A stretch of 64,000 nucleotides of DNA from Candidatus Poribacteria bacterium (GCA_046582655.1 JAYGDX010000259.1:1-64000), one strand, 5' to 3'; shown: positions 31,262 to 42,104, counted from the stretch's first letter. Numbers and translations are program-made. Notes: a model not told the origin generated them from the letters alone.

Positions 31262-31413
31262 ATGTTGCGTTTTGATAATTGGATCTTAGGGCAATTGTCG
31301 ATTAACATTTACAAGCACTTTTTCGCGCAAAAATTGAAATTATAGTAGTATAAGGAGCAAGTCTGAATGCCATCTTTTAGCGGGACTGGCTATTTGACTT
31401 CTGTAGGAGCTTT

Positions 31414-32310
31414 ATGGGATTAAGTCAAGAACAACTCCAACATTTTAAAGAAGAAGGTTTTTTACTAATTCGGGATGCTTTAGCCGATAGCGATCTGGAT
31501 TCGGTCATTCGGGAGTACGAAGAACACATTGATCAACGGGCTAGAGAATTGTTAGATCAAGGTAAACTTTCACGACTCTATAAAGATCAGTCCTTTGAAC
31601 GTCGGCTTGTCTGCATTTGTCGGGAGAACAATGAGATCTATTCTGAACTTGATATTATGCACTTACGTGGTAAAGCTTCCTTTGATTTTCTGCGCAACAA
31701 AAATCTGATGAAAATCGTGACCTCTATCGTGGGTACAGAAATTACTTGTAGTCCGGTCCAGCATATCCGTGCCAAATTGCCGGTGGGCTTGACCCCAGAA
31801 GGGGCTGACGCCCATGTCGCTCCATGGCACCAAGATGCTGGGGTAACATGGGAAGAAGCAGATCCCTACTTTATCCTGACGGTTTGGATTCCTCTGACCG
31901 AAGCAACCGAAAAAAACGGTTTTTTGCAAATTATTCCACGTGTCCATGGTATTGGGCTTTTGGCACATCACTCTAAAGCTGGGGTCGGAACTACCATTAT
32001 TGATGAGGAAATACCACCACAGGCAATGTTGAATTTACCCATGCAAAAGGGAAGTGTTCTGCTAATACATAAGGAAACACCTCATCGGTCAACACCCAAC
32101 CAATCTGATACTGTCCGTTGGAGTATGGATCTTCGGTATCAGAAGACTGGCACGCCAACCGGACGTCCCTTCCATCCGGATTTTGTCGTTTATAGCCAGT
32201 CCAATCCAGGTTCGGTACTGGACGATCACGAACAGTGGAGGAATATGTGGATTCAGGCACTTGAAAACAGTAGAGGCGTCCAAGCTCATCGTTGGTCACA
32301 AAAAAGTTAA
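31414..32310 (+). CDS. PhyH family Fe(II)/2OG enzyme
   Basis: PWHQDAG, TVWIPLTEATEKNG, HRSTPNQSDTVRWSMDLRY. Confidence 0.92.
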   Translation: MGLSQEQLQHFKEEGFLLIRDALADSDLDSVIREYEEHIDQRARELLDQGKLSRLYKDQSFERRLVCICRENNEIYSELDIMHLRGKASFDFLRNKNLMKIVTSIVGTEITCSPVQHIRAKLPVGLTPEGADAHVAPWHQDAGVTWEEADPYFILTVWIPLTEATEKNGFLQIIPRVHGIGLLAHHSKAGVGTTIIDEEIPPQAMLNLPMQKGSVLLIHKETPHRSTPNQSDTVRWSMDLRYQKTGTPTGRPFHPDFVVYSQSNPGSVLDDHEQWRNMWIQALENSRGVQAHRWSQKS

Positions 32311-32383
32311 AGGACATTATTGGTTTTCTTACCAAGCAACTTGTGGTCCTGTCTTACAATTTGCAAGAAGAGTATTGTAATTA

Positions 32384-33157
32384 TTAAACACTAGCAATAT
32401 ATCCTCCATCCACAACTAATGATGTCCCTGTAATCCATTCAGCATCATCTGAGGCGAGAAAAACTGCGGATCGCGCAATATCCCTCGGTAGACCAAAACG
32501 CGGCAAAGGGGTTCTTTGTCGAACTTCTTCAATCTGATCCAGCGTGAGATAGTCTTGAATAGCGGTCTCAATATAGCCCGGGCATATAGCGTTAACGGTG
32601 ATGTTTTCTTGCGCGACTTCCAGCGCCATATCCCGAGCCATATTGACGACCGCAGCCTTAGCTGGAGCGTATGCTGGTCCTGCGCCGCCTCCGTAGGCGT
32701 GGACAGAAGCAATCTGAATTATCCGTCCATACTTAGATTTTCTCAAATGTGGAATAGCAATTTTTGTAGCAACAAAGATAGAACGCAAATCGACACCAAC
32801 CACTTTATCCCAGTCAGCAATTGAAATTTCTTGGCTGTTTCCGGGTATGTGTATACCCGCGTTATTGACAAGTATATCCAGCCCACCAAAATGTTCCACC
32901 GTTTTCTGGATCAGGAGATCAACCTGGGAGTCATCAGCCATATCTGTTTGAACAAACAAACCTTGGGCACCGAGTTTCTCAATTTCTTCGACCGTAGGCG
33001 TTATTGTATTTTTTTCGTGATATTTACCACGACTTGGAGCCTCTTGAATATCAGTTACCACGACTTGAGCTCCTTCACGAGCGAATTCAGTTGCTATCCC
33101 TCGACCGATTCCCGAACTCCCTCCGGTTACGATGGCAATTCGATTCTCTAGCAGCAT
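32384..33157 (-). CDS. SDR family NAD(P)-dependent oxidoreductase
   Basis: TGGSSGIG, LVNNAG, YAPAK, VNAICPG. Confidence 0.95.
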   Translation of the reverse strand: MLLENRIAIVTGGSSGIGRGIATEFAREGAQVVVTDIQEAPSRGKYHEKNTITPTVEEIEKLGAQGLFVQTDMADDSQVDLLIQKTVEHFGGLDILVNNAGIHIPGNSQEISIADWDKVVGVDLRSIFVATKIAIPHLRKSKYGRIIQIASVHAYGGGAGPAYAPAKAAVVNMARDMALEVAQENITVNAICPGYIETAIQDYLTLDQIEEVRQRTPLPRFGLPRDIARSAVFLASDDAEWITGTSLVVDGGYIASV

Positions 33158-33510
33158 ACAAACCTCTTAGGTGAAGCGTCTTATGGTATGAAATGACTTC
33201 TTAATTAGGAAACTTTCTGAGTCAATGTAAGCCAAAATACCAGTTATAATAAATTATTTGGTGTTACCAGTAGCACGCAGAGATAGCGCAACCTTCAGAG
33301 GGCCAAAGGAATTTATAAAACATAAGGGCAAAAAACAGGGTTGATTAATATCAGTATAGCGCCACTGAATATAGTACATGACGGGGCATCAGGGAATCGA
33401 AGCGTAATAGGATAGCAAAAGATAGTTTTGGGTTCCTTTATATCGAACAATTCCCAAATACCAGATTAACCCAATAAGCTTACAATTAGGCAATCCGCTT
33501 AACTTAATTG

Positions 33511-35990
33511 CTAGAATTGCACCGATATAGATGCATTAATTCTGCGTCCAAAACCATAAAATATCTTTGTTGTTTCTGCATTATGTTCTTTCCCATCAAT
33601 TCCATCACTGGCATAGGCAGTATCAAGTAGGTTTAGGATATGCAGACCGAAGACTAGATTATAACTCGACAGCTCCATACTGTAACCGGCGTGTAAATCA
33701 AGCAATGAAACAGAGTCTAATTTATATGCGTCATCCCTTGTCTTGTTATTTCTGTTTTCAGGATTAAAGGCAGCATAGTGGTTATCGAAGTATTTAAGTA
33801 CGCCAGTAATCCCTAAATCCGCAATTGGAGTTAGATTAATCCTTCCAGAAACTTGCGTTTGAGGCGCGTCACCCACATGCAGCCCATCAGAATAGATTTT
33901 AACATCGTATGTGTCTTTACGTCCGTAATCATCTGTTACTGTGGCAGCGACGTCTCCACTCCAAACCCAGCTTCCAATTAACATTGAGCCTCCTAACGAA
34001 ACTAATTCATTTAGTATGAATAAGCCATCAAGCTCTATGCCGCTGTGGTTGGCATTCAGTCCTTGAATGTTGTAGATGTTTCAACCGTCATCTTTCCCTT
34101 TGCTAGTTCTTACGAGTGCTTTGTCCTGCCATACTGTATAGTAGTAATCTATATCCACGATATATTTACTTGAACGATAACCCGTACCTAATTCAAAAGC
34201 TGTGATCTTTTCATTCTTAGCTTCCGGATTAACCGTATTATTATAATTCAAGTAAACATTATGGAAGTTAGGCGCAATTGATAAACTGCCGATATTTCCG
34301 AACACATTTATCTGAGAGTTAACGTTATAGTTAGCACCAACCTTTGCAGCGTATCCAGGGAAATTGGCCGTCTCAGACATTTTCTCTTCCGGTTCGTAAT
34401 TGAAAGGATCCTCCCTCTGGTATTGAGTGTTTGAAAAAGCCAACGACCTGAAGGCTGACAGCGTATCCGTCTTATATTCAGTTTGTCCAAATTCCCCAAT
34501 CCATTTATTGTAGCCGGTATTGAAATAAGCGATTTTATCCCCAACTTTAGCGGCGTTACCATCTGGTACATTTTTATCACTGTAATCAACGTAGTAATCT
34601 CCACCGAGCAAGTTTTGAACCTCTCGATAGTGAATGCCAGAATAAGCTCGGGCATCAATTCCACCACTTAATGTTATTTGATTTGTCAACAAGTGATTGA
34701 GCGATGAGATAACCCCATACCAGTTATGATGGTTTACCGATGCCCGAATGATATACTTCGAGCGTTTTTCAGACTTCGAAAACATATGTTCCATCGTCCC
34801 CATGTTTGGGATTGATGTATTTCCAATTTTTTTCTCATCATCCCCATCATCCCACCTTAGTATAACCACGTGAGTTGAGTGGCCCCGTACCACCGCCACG
34901 GCCATTAGAACCATAGATACTGTAGATAGCTTTGCTTTATTGCCAACCTTCCAATACCAGTTCAAGTTATAAACTGGTTTGTGATAATAGTTGGTACGAC
35001 TGTTGATCAACCATTTTCCACCGACCTTTTTAAGTAACTGAATATTTCCACCAAACAACGCGCTGGAAATGAAGTCCATAGACTCACCACCATAAGATCC
35101 TTCTTTCATTAAATTTCTTGCATCATCGCCTACATATCCCCAACCACTTCCTGTGGAACCGCTATTAACTTTGCGGTCGTCTGGGCTACCGTATCTAGTA
35201 TCGTAATTAAAAGATTCCCAGTCCTTGGCAGTGTGTTTATTATCTCCGTCGCGTTGCCCATGCTGCTGAGGCGCTCCAAGAAGTGTAAAATCAAATGAAT
35301 GATTACCAAAGGTCTTATTGGCGGTGAAAAAGTAAGAGTACGCATCCGTCCATGTTCCATCTACATAACCATTCCCGGTTTTCTTTTGTAACAGAAATGA
35401 TGTTGCGATGTCGTTATTCAATTTACCGGTGGAGTAAGACAAAGTGGTCTTCAAAAAACTTTGAGAACCAAATTCTTGTTTAAAGGTACCACCCTTTTTC
35501 ATATCAGCAGCAGAGGTAAGGACGTTGATAGTTCCACCAACCGAAGCAATAGCGAAGTTACTGGCTCCTAAACCTCGTTGCACTTGAATAGAATTAGTAA
35601 CATCACTCATTCCATCCCAATTGGACCAGTAAACCCAGCCATTTTCCATATCGTTAACAGGGACTCCATTAATTCTGCCACGTTTCGCTGATTAAATCCG
35701 CGAACATTAACTCGGCTGTCTCCTGATCCACCATCCGACATCGAAGCGTAAACGCTAGGAGTCTCACTCAATATCATTGGTAAATCTCGCGAAGCGAGCC
35801 TGTCACTTAAATCAGATTTGCTAACATCAGAAAAAGCAACAGGAGTTTCCCTGACTGTGGCTCGATTGGCTATAACACTAATTTCTTCCAATTCTATTTC
35901 TGTAGGTTCTTCGACATTTTCTTTTTGTCCAAAAGCCGAGAATGTAGAAATCATTGACACAAAAAAGATTAATATGGAGAGCTTTTTCAT
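33511..35990 (-). pseudogene. TonB-dependent receptor, disrupted
   Basis: Plug motif RGFNQRNVA/INGVPVNDMENGWVYWSNW split by a frameshift near 35665; further shifts near 34800-34915; in-frame TGA at 34081-34083; C-terminal Phe. Confidence 0.88.
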
Positions 35991-36083
35991 CCTTAAAATG
36001 AGTTTCCTTACCTGATGTAGAATTTAAATGTTAGATTGATCGGTGTATTCGAATATCAAGTATAATTTGAAGTTAACGGGGGA

Positions 36084-36112
36084 AATACCATCTTGAAAAT
36101 TAGAAGTCAAGA
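36084..36112 (-). promoter_or_regulatory. Putative promoter of the TonB-dependent receptor
   Basis: TTGACT-N17-TATTTC with extended TG; upstream TGTTA/TGTGA repeats. Confidence 0.3.
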
Positions 36113-36285
36113 TATTTTGTTAACTTGTTAATTTTGTTATGGATTTGTGATTTTAAAAAATGTGAAAAACCTTAGCTGTACTTTTTTGGCTAATGATGGA
36201 CTGCTAATGAAGATCCCCAAATTAAGAAGGTTAGAAACTATAAAATGTCTTTCTGTAGTAGGGGCCGCACATGTTTAAATTTAAT

Positions 36286-37716
36286 TTATTTTAGCAATTC
36301 GTAAAAATCTCGATCTCCACGAATATTGTCGAAAGCAGTATCTATCTTTAACAGTTCAGTTGCTTCATGTCCAACAAGACTTATCGCTTGCTGAAGAGAA
36401 CTTATAGCTAATCCTTTTTGGTTATTTAGTGAATACATGCGCGCTAAGCTATAGTAACCTTTTCCATACTCGGGATCAATACGCATAGTTTCGTTCAAGT
36501 GATTAATGGCTTTATCGATCAGGCCTTTGTTTGCGTAAATTATTCCTAAATTATAGTGAGCAGAGATGCTATAAGGATTAATAAGGATAGCTTCTTTTAG
36601 GTGATAAATAGCTTCGTCAATTTTCTGGTTTTGGTCATAAGCAATATCTGCTAGCATAAGGTGCGCTTTCTCATAATTCGGGTTGACGCGAATAACCTCT
36701 CGCATGTGATGAATAGCCTGGTCCGGATTTCCTTGTTTACTATAGATAGATCCCAAATTGTAATGCGCCTGTAAAAAGTCGGGATTGATGCGAATAACCT
36801 CTCGCATATGATGAATAGCCTGATCCGGATTTCCTTGTTGTTGATGAAAAGTCCCTAAATCGTAGCGGCCATATTCATCATTAGGGTTGATACGGATAAC
36901 TTCTTGGTAGACCTTGATAGCTTTATCTAACTCTCCATGTCGAGAATAAACTAGGCCAAGGTTGACATGCGCTTCGAACAAATTGGGATTGATACCAATA
37001 GCTTGTTCATACATTTCAATGGCTTTTTCGATTCTGCCCTGTTCAGAATAGGCAACGCCTAGATTGACGTAGGATGAGGCATCTTTGGGATTGATACGGA
37101 TGACTTCTTTCAGGTGATGAATAGCCTCGGTTATCTTGGCTTGCTCTCCATAAACTATTTCACTCAATGAACGGTGCGTTTCCTCATGGTTGGGGTTGAT
37201 GCGGACAACCTCCTTTAAGTGATAAACGGCCTTTTGAATTTCACCCTTTACCTTATAGCAATTGCCTAAACTCAGGTGCGCACGGTAGTAATCAGGGTTA
37301 ATCTGTATTGCTTTTTGATACTCTTCTATTTTATCTTCGGTTTCCTCCAAAACCTGCCCTATTAAATAGTGATAAATCTCATTTCCCGGATGTTGTTTAA
37401 TTTTCGCCCGATATTCATTGATAACCTGATTGGATCTTCCTTGTTCCGCCATGAGATGGATATATTCAAGATGAGCTTTTAAATGCAGTTGATCTATCCG
37501 AATGGCATTCTTAAATTCCTCTATCGCTTTCCGTGGGTTTTGCTGTTTTATACTGGCTCCAAGCTCGTAATGATTTTTTGCTGTTTCATGTAGATTAACT
37601 TCATCTTTTTTCTCATAGGATTTGATTTTCTTATCGACACAACTAGTCGCAACTATAAGAAAACATACCGTCAATATTAGATTTGAAAGAGGAAGCCTAA
37701 TGGATATATTTTTCAA
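36286..37716 (-). CDS. TPR-repeat lipoprotein
   Basis: Lipobox VATSC; more than ten 34-aa repeats of type AHYNLG..Y..QG..D.AI....EVIRINP. Confidence 0.92.
   Translation of the reverse strand: MKNISIRLPLSNLILTVCFLIVATSCVDKKIKSYEKKDEVNLHETAKNHYELGASIKQQNPRKAIEEFKNAIRIDQLHLKAHLEYIHLMAEQGRSNQVINEYRAKIKQHPGNEIYHYLIGQVLEETEDKIEEYQKAIQINPDYYRAHLSLGNCYKVKGEIQKAVYHLKEVVRINPNHEETHRSLSEIVYGEQAKITEAIHHLKEVIRINPKDASSYVNLGVAYSEQGRIEKAIEMYEQAIGINPNLFEAHVNLGLVYSRHGELDKAIKVYQEVIRINPNDEYGRYDLGTFHQQQGNPDQAIHHMREVIRINPDFLQAHYNLGSIYSKQGNPDQAIHHMREVIRVNPNYEKAHLMLADIAYDQNQKIDEAIYHLKEAILINPYSISAHYNLGIIYANKGLIDKAINHLNETMRIDPEYGKGYYSLARMYSLNNQKGLAISSLQQAISLVGHEATELLKIDTAFDNIRGDRDFYELLK
36688..36839. repeat. Recent TPR unit duplication at DNA level
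   Basis: 50-bp segments 36688-36737 and 36790-36839 differ at 2 positions; offset 102 bp. Confidence 0.85.
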
Positions 37717-37826
37717 AATACAGCCTAACTAGTATCAGAAATTACTATTGTTTTAGATATCGAGGGACGGTGGAAAGTTTTAGTGAACAGGAACTGCAAT
37801 CATCGGACAGTAAAGGGGGCTATTCT

Positions 37827-38216
37827 TCAATCTGAATCGCACACGTCGGAGTCGCACACTGCCCGGCTCAAGCGGTACCGATTCTTGGCAATAATCAAGT
37901 AAAAAATCTTACAAATCCTGTGAATTCCCGGAACAACATAGATCCACGCAATATATTGGGACCAACGCAGACGTCGATAGATTTGGTAAATGGCATCAGC
38001 CCCGCAAAATGCTTTACCCTGTTGATCAATAAATCGCATTCCTGCATGTGATTGGAATTCAATGAGTTGTGGATAGGCAATATACAGGTCGGAATCCTGG
38101 TTGGGAATATAATTGAATTGTCCCGCTTTGGCTTGGCTCCGAATTCTTTGTATGGCGTTGATGCAAAAATTGCATTGGCCATCATAGACAATTAAAGGCT
38201 TTTCTGGTTGACGCAT
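37827..38216 (-). CDS. DCC1-like thiol-disulfide oxidoreductase (DUF393)
   Basis: YDGQCNFC motif, GADAI, YLIIAKNRYR. Confidence 0.9.
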   Translation of the reverse strand: MRQPEKPLIVYDGQCNFCINAIQRIRSQAKAGQFNYIPNQDSDLYIAYPQLIEFQSHAGMRFIDQQGKAFCGADAIYQIYRRLRWSQYIAWIYVVPGIHRICKIFYLIIAKNRYRLSRAVCDSDVCDSD

Positions 38217-38279
38217 ATTTTCCTCATTATGTTTTAGGGCCAAGGATTTAGGTGCATACTGAAATACAAGTGTTTCATA

Positions 38280-39986
38280 TCACATTTTTTCTGGTGCCGA
38301 AATTCCTAACAGTTTCAAGCCGTTCGAAATCACAATCTGTACGCATCTAACAAGCACAAGTCGCGACTGCGTTAAATCCGGATGATCCATGTCCAACACG
38401 CGAAACTTATTATAGAATGTATGAAAGTGTGATGAAAGCTCGTACAGATAATTGGGGACACGGTAAGGTTCACGCTCTTCCGCAGCATTCAAAATGACTC
38501 CCGGATAGCCTGCCATTTTTTTAATAATTTGTGCCTCTTCATCAACGGTCAGGAGATTAAGGTCGACTTGATTAATCGGCAGCTGATCAATGTTTCGATC
38601 TTTCATCTCACGAAAGATACTGCAACACCTTGCATGTGCGTACTGGACATAGAAACTTGGGTTATCATTAGCACGTGTGACAGCCAGCTTGACATCGAAA
38701 TCGAGGTGACTGTTGTTGGTTCGATTCAGAAAAAAATATCTGGCCACATCAACTGCGAACTGTTCTCCTACTGTCTCCGCCAGTTCATCTATCAACTGGT
38801 TTAGGGTATAAAGATGACCTTTTCGTTTTGACATTTCAACGCGGCTTCCATCCTGATGAACTAAATTAACCTGTTGGACAACAAGTCCTTCAAACCGGTC
38901 GGCACTATATCCAAGGGCATTGATTAGATGATCAAGATGAACGATGTGCCCTTGATGATCAGGTCCAAGGATATCAATCAGCAAATCAAAACCGCGATCG
39001 AATTTGTCACGGTGATACGCGGCATCTGGAACGAAATAGGTGAACTCGCCATCACTTTTAATGACAACACAATCCTTGTCATCACCAAATTCAGTCATTT
39101 GAAACCAGATGGCGCCCTCTGCTTCATAAAGTAGTTTCTTTTTCGTAAAGATTTCTATAATTTGTTCAGGTTTCTTAGTGTCACGAATTACCTGTTCACT
39201 TGTCCAAACATCAAATTCAACACCAAATCGTTTCAACGTTGACTTCTGTCCATCTAGTAAGCGCTGAATCCCGATGTCTTTGAACTTATCGATTCGAGCA
39301 GCTTCATCTAATTGTAAATATTGATCTCCTTCACTTTCAACTATCAATCTAGCTATATCAATCAGATACTCGCCATGATAACCATCTTCTGGGATTTTTA
39401 GTTCTTCTCCGCCTAGCAACTGACGGTAGCGAACATCAATTGACGCGCCGAGGCGTTCCACTTGCTTACCAGCATCATTAACATAGAACTCACGAATTGC
39501 ATCGTAGTTAGCAACATTGAGCAAATTTACGAGTACATCCCCAACCGCTGCTGCCCGGCCACTAACAATATTGAGAGGTCCTGTGGGATTAGCACTTACG
39601 AACTCCACCAGAATTCGCTTTCTTGCACCGTCCTGCGACCGACCGTAGCCTTCACCTTGGTGAATAATGTGTTCTAATGTTTTGTAAAGACAATCTTCTG
39701 AGATGAAGAGGTTGATGAAACCTGGTCCAGCAATCTCGACTTGACGTATCAATGGATCGTTAGCCAAATGGTTAACGATAATCCCAGCTATCTGCCTTGG
39801 CGGCATTTTCGCAGTTTTTGACAGCGACATGGCAATCGGTGTTGCGATATCACCATGCTCCGGATTCTTTGTCGGAGAAAATACAATGTCGGGTATAATA
39901 TCAAGAGAGATTTCAGCATGGTTTATTGCCTGTTGAATGGCAGCTCTTAGTACTTCGCTGACCCGCAGCCTAACTTGGTCAATCAA
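38280..39986 (-). CDS. argS: Arginine--tRNA ligase
   Basis: AGPGFIN, VEFVSANPTGPL, REFYVNDAG, MSKRKG, YVQYAHAR, GISAPEKM. Confidence 0.97.
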   Translation of the reverse strand: MIDQVRLRVSEVLRAAIQQAINHAEISLDIIPDIVFSPTKNPEHGDIATPIAMSLSKTAKMPPRQIAGIIVNHLANDPLIRQVEIAGPGFINLFISEDCLYKTLEHIIHQGEGYGRSQDGARKRILVEFVSANPTGPLNIVSGRAAAVGDVLVNLLNVANYDAIREFYVNDAGKQVERLGASIDVRYRQLLGGEELKIPEDGYHGEYLIDIARLIVESEGDQYLQLDEAARIDKFKDIGIQRLLDGQKSTLKRFGVEFDVWTSEQVIRDTKKPEQIIEIFTKKKLLYEAEGAIWFQMTEFGDDKDCVVIKSDGEFTYFVPDAAYHRDKFDRGFDLLIDILGPDHQGHIVHLDHLINALGYSADRFEGLVVQQVNLVHQDGSRVEMSKRKGHLYTLNQLIDELAETVGEQFAVDVARYFFLNRTNNSHLDFDVKLAVTRANDNPSFYVQYAHARCCSIFREMKDRNIDQLPINQVDLNLLTVDEEAQIIKKMAGYPGVILNAAEEREPYRVPNYLYELSSHFHTFYNKFRVLDMDHPDLTQSRLVLVRCVQIVISNGLKLLGISAPEKM

Positions 39987-40449
39987 TTTTTATCCCAAAT
40001 CCATCGTCATCAAAAATAAAATCATCAAGTTCGAAGTCGTCAAGTTCGTCATATTCTTCGTCAATCTCATAGTTGACTTCTATGAGATTAGTATTGATTT
40101 CTGGTAACTCAATCTCCAATGCGTCAGACCAAAGCCGTTCTAAATCATAAGTTTTCCGTTTTTCATGCAGGAAAATATGCACCACAACATCAACGTAATC
40201 AAGAAGAATCCAGTCTCCTTTACGCTGACCTTCCCGATGCCATGGTCGCTGATCCCACCTTTCCCTAATATCTTCTACTACCTTTTCGGATATTCCTTCA
40301 ACTTGCCGGTTCGAGTTCCCACTACAGATGACAAAAAAATCCGTGAATCCACCAAGCTCCCTGAGATCAAGGATTCTGGCATCTTCGGCACGCCGACTTA
40401 ACGTAGCAATGGCCGCAGTTTTTGCCATCTCTAGTGCATCATTTTCCAA
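39979..40449 (-). CDS. rsfS: Ribosome silencing factor RsfS with acidic tail
   Basis: TDFFVICSGNS.RQV, WILLDYVDVVVHIF, YDLERLW. Confidence 0.95.
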   Translation of the reverse strand: MENDALEMAKTAAIATLSRRAEDARILDLRELGGFTDFFVICSGNSNRQVEGISEKVVEDIRERWDQRPWHREGQRKGDWILLDYVDVVVHIFLHEKRKTYDLERLWSDALEIELPEINTNLIEVNYEIDEEYDELDDFELDDFIFDDDGFGIKID

Positions 40450-40452
40450 TTT

Positions 40453-41040
40453 TTACTTCTCTCTTTTTTTATCTAATAAACGAAGTACAGTGTTGTAAAC
40501 ATCAATGGTATTCGGATGAATTAACACATTGTCTTCGATTTGTCTGATAATTTTGTTTCGGGCTACTTCGAGCATTGCTGAATCGAGGTCAATCTCTGCG
40601 ATTTTATAAACATCACCTGCAACTTGATAGTTTCGTTTCGGTTCACAAAAATCAGCGACATATAGGATCTTGTCAACTAGTGACATCCTTTTAGCACCGG
40701 TAGTATGATTTCGAATGGCATTGAGTATATCTGGATCTGTTATACCAAAATGATCTTTTGCATATTCAGCACCAATTTTTGCATGCAACAATGCTGGATT
40801 TTCTTTCTCGATTTGGTCAAGTTTTATCTGGTATTTTTTTGAGAGTTCGATCAATATTTTATCGTCTATCCACTTGACGCAATCGTGCAAAAGTGCGGCT
40901 AGTTCTACTTTTCGAAGATCTACTTCATATTTAGTGGCAAAATTCATCGCTGTGTCACGTACTGATAGCACATGCTCAAAACGTGTTGGTTTAAGTTTTT
41001 CTCGTAAAAATTCCTTGATCTGCTCAAGCCTTCTTTTCAT
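40453..41040 (-). CDS. yqeK: HD-domain Ap4A hydrolase YqeK
   Basis: RFEHVLSV, ALLHDCVK, LLHAKIGA, AIRNHTTG, LYVADFCEPKR. Confidence 0.93.
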   Translation of the reverse strand: MKRRLEQIKEFLREKLKPTRFEHVLSVRDTAMNFATKYEVDLRKVELAALLHDCVKWIDDKILIELSKKYQIKLDQIEKENPALLHAKIGAEYAKDHFGITDPDILNAIRNHTTGAKRMSLVDKILYVADFCEPKRNYQVAGDVYKIAEIDLDSAMLEVARNKIIRQIEDNVLIHPNTIDVYNTVLRLLDKKREK

Positions 41041-41278
41041 CAGTGATGCAATCGTCCTCTACCTCATCAGGTAAGAAGTCTGCTAAAGCTTCTTCATCTT
41101 TGGTCGTCAACTCCTCGCCTGTAATTGGTGAACTAATTTGGTATTCCTCATTGAGCCACCTAGCAAGATCAATCTGCTTGCAACGTGAACTACAAAATGG
41201 AAAATATGGAGGAAATTGTTCACCTTTTTGATACACAAAATCGAACTTTTCTTCACAGATGCTACATTCTTTTTTCAT
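41024..41278 (-). CDS. yacG: DNA gyrase inhibitor YacG (zinc finger)
   Basis: CSIC...PFCSSRCKQIDLARWLNEEY and acidic tail. Confidence 0.88.
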   Translation of the reverse strand: MKKECSICEEKFDFVYQKGEQFPPYFPFCSSRCKQIDLARWLNEEYQISSPITGEELTTKDEEALADFLPDEVEDDCITDEKKA

Positions 41279-41298
41279 CTTTTGATGGGAAATCCCTG

Positions 41299-41880
41299 TT
41301 ATATGAAAAGTCTGTGTTTGGCGATATATTCTGCCACTTGTGATGGGATGAGGTAGCGTATTGAGCGGTTTGAACAAATTCTATCCCGAATGTCAGTAGC
41401 AGAAATTTCTATCTCTGGAATTTGAAAGATCTCAACTCGGCTGATAATGTCATGCGGCACTTTTGACAATGGATAGCCAGGACGTGTAGTGGCGATAAAA
41501 TGACAGATGTTTAGAATCTCATCCCAATCTTTCCAGATCTTAAATTCTATCAATGAATCCGCGCCAATAATCCATGCTAATTCACAATCATTCCCATAAA
41601 GTTCTTGTAACTCCCTGATTGTTTGGATTGCGTATGATCGTCCTTTGCGGTCTAACTCGATCCTCAGCACATCAAAATGTGGATTATCTGCAACTGCCAT
41701 TCGAGTTATTTCATAGCGATGTTCTGAATCAATAATATCATGTGCTCCTTTGTGCGGAGGACGTGCAGATGGAATAAATAATACGTGATCATAGTTGAGT
41801 TTATCACGCACCTGTTCAGCGCTAATTAAGTGTGCATTATGAATTGGGTTAAATGTCCCTCCCATAATTGCAATTTTCAT
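41299..41880 (-). CDS. nadD: Nicotinate-nucleotide adenylyltransferase
   Basis: GGTFNPIHNAH, PPHK, IIGADS, ISATDIR. Confidence 0.96.
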   Translation of the reverse strand: MKIAIMGGTFNPIHNAHLISAEQVRDKLNYDHVLFIPSARPPHKGAHDIIDSEHRYEITRMAVADNPHFDVLRIELDRKGRSYAIQTIRELQELYGNDCELAWIIGADSLIEFKIWKDWDEILNICHFIATTRPGYPLSKVPHDIISRVEIFQIPEIEISATDIRDRICSNRSIRYLIPSQVAEYIAKHRLFI

Positions 41881-42074
41881 GGAATTTCTATGTACTAGCG
41901 TACACTTTACAATGTTATTGAAACGCTAAGGGATTTTCTTAGAAATAACAGCAAGATCAAAAAAACGTGTCTTTGAGCTGAATTGAACAACAATATTAGA
42001 ATTAACTATAATTAACATTATAACCTAATTTTGGTGATTTATGCCAAAGCGAAACGTTCGATTTTGATTTTGAA

Positions 42075-42104
42075 TTGACAACTAAAAGATGAAATTGTTA
42101 AACT
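42075..42104 (+). promoter_or_regulatory. Putative sigma-70 promoter of batC-batD
   Basis: TTGACA-N18-TAAACT with extended TG. Confidence 0.5.

Noticed and set aside
42001..42028. dif-like site (ATAA-N6-TTAT)
   Set aside because: Only a partial XerD-arm match and a poor XerC arm; better explained as AT-rich divergent promoter DNA with TATAAT boxes
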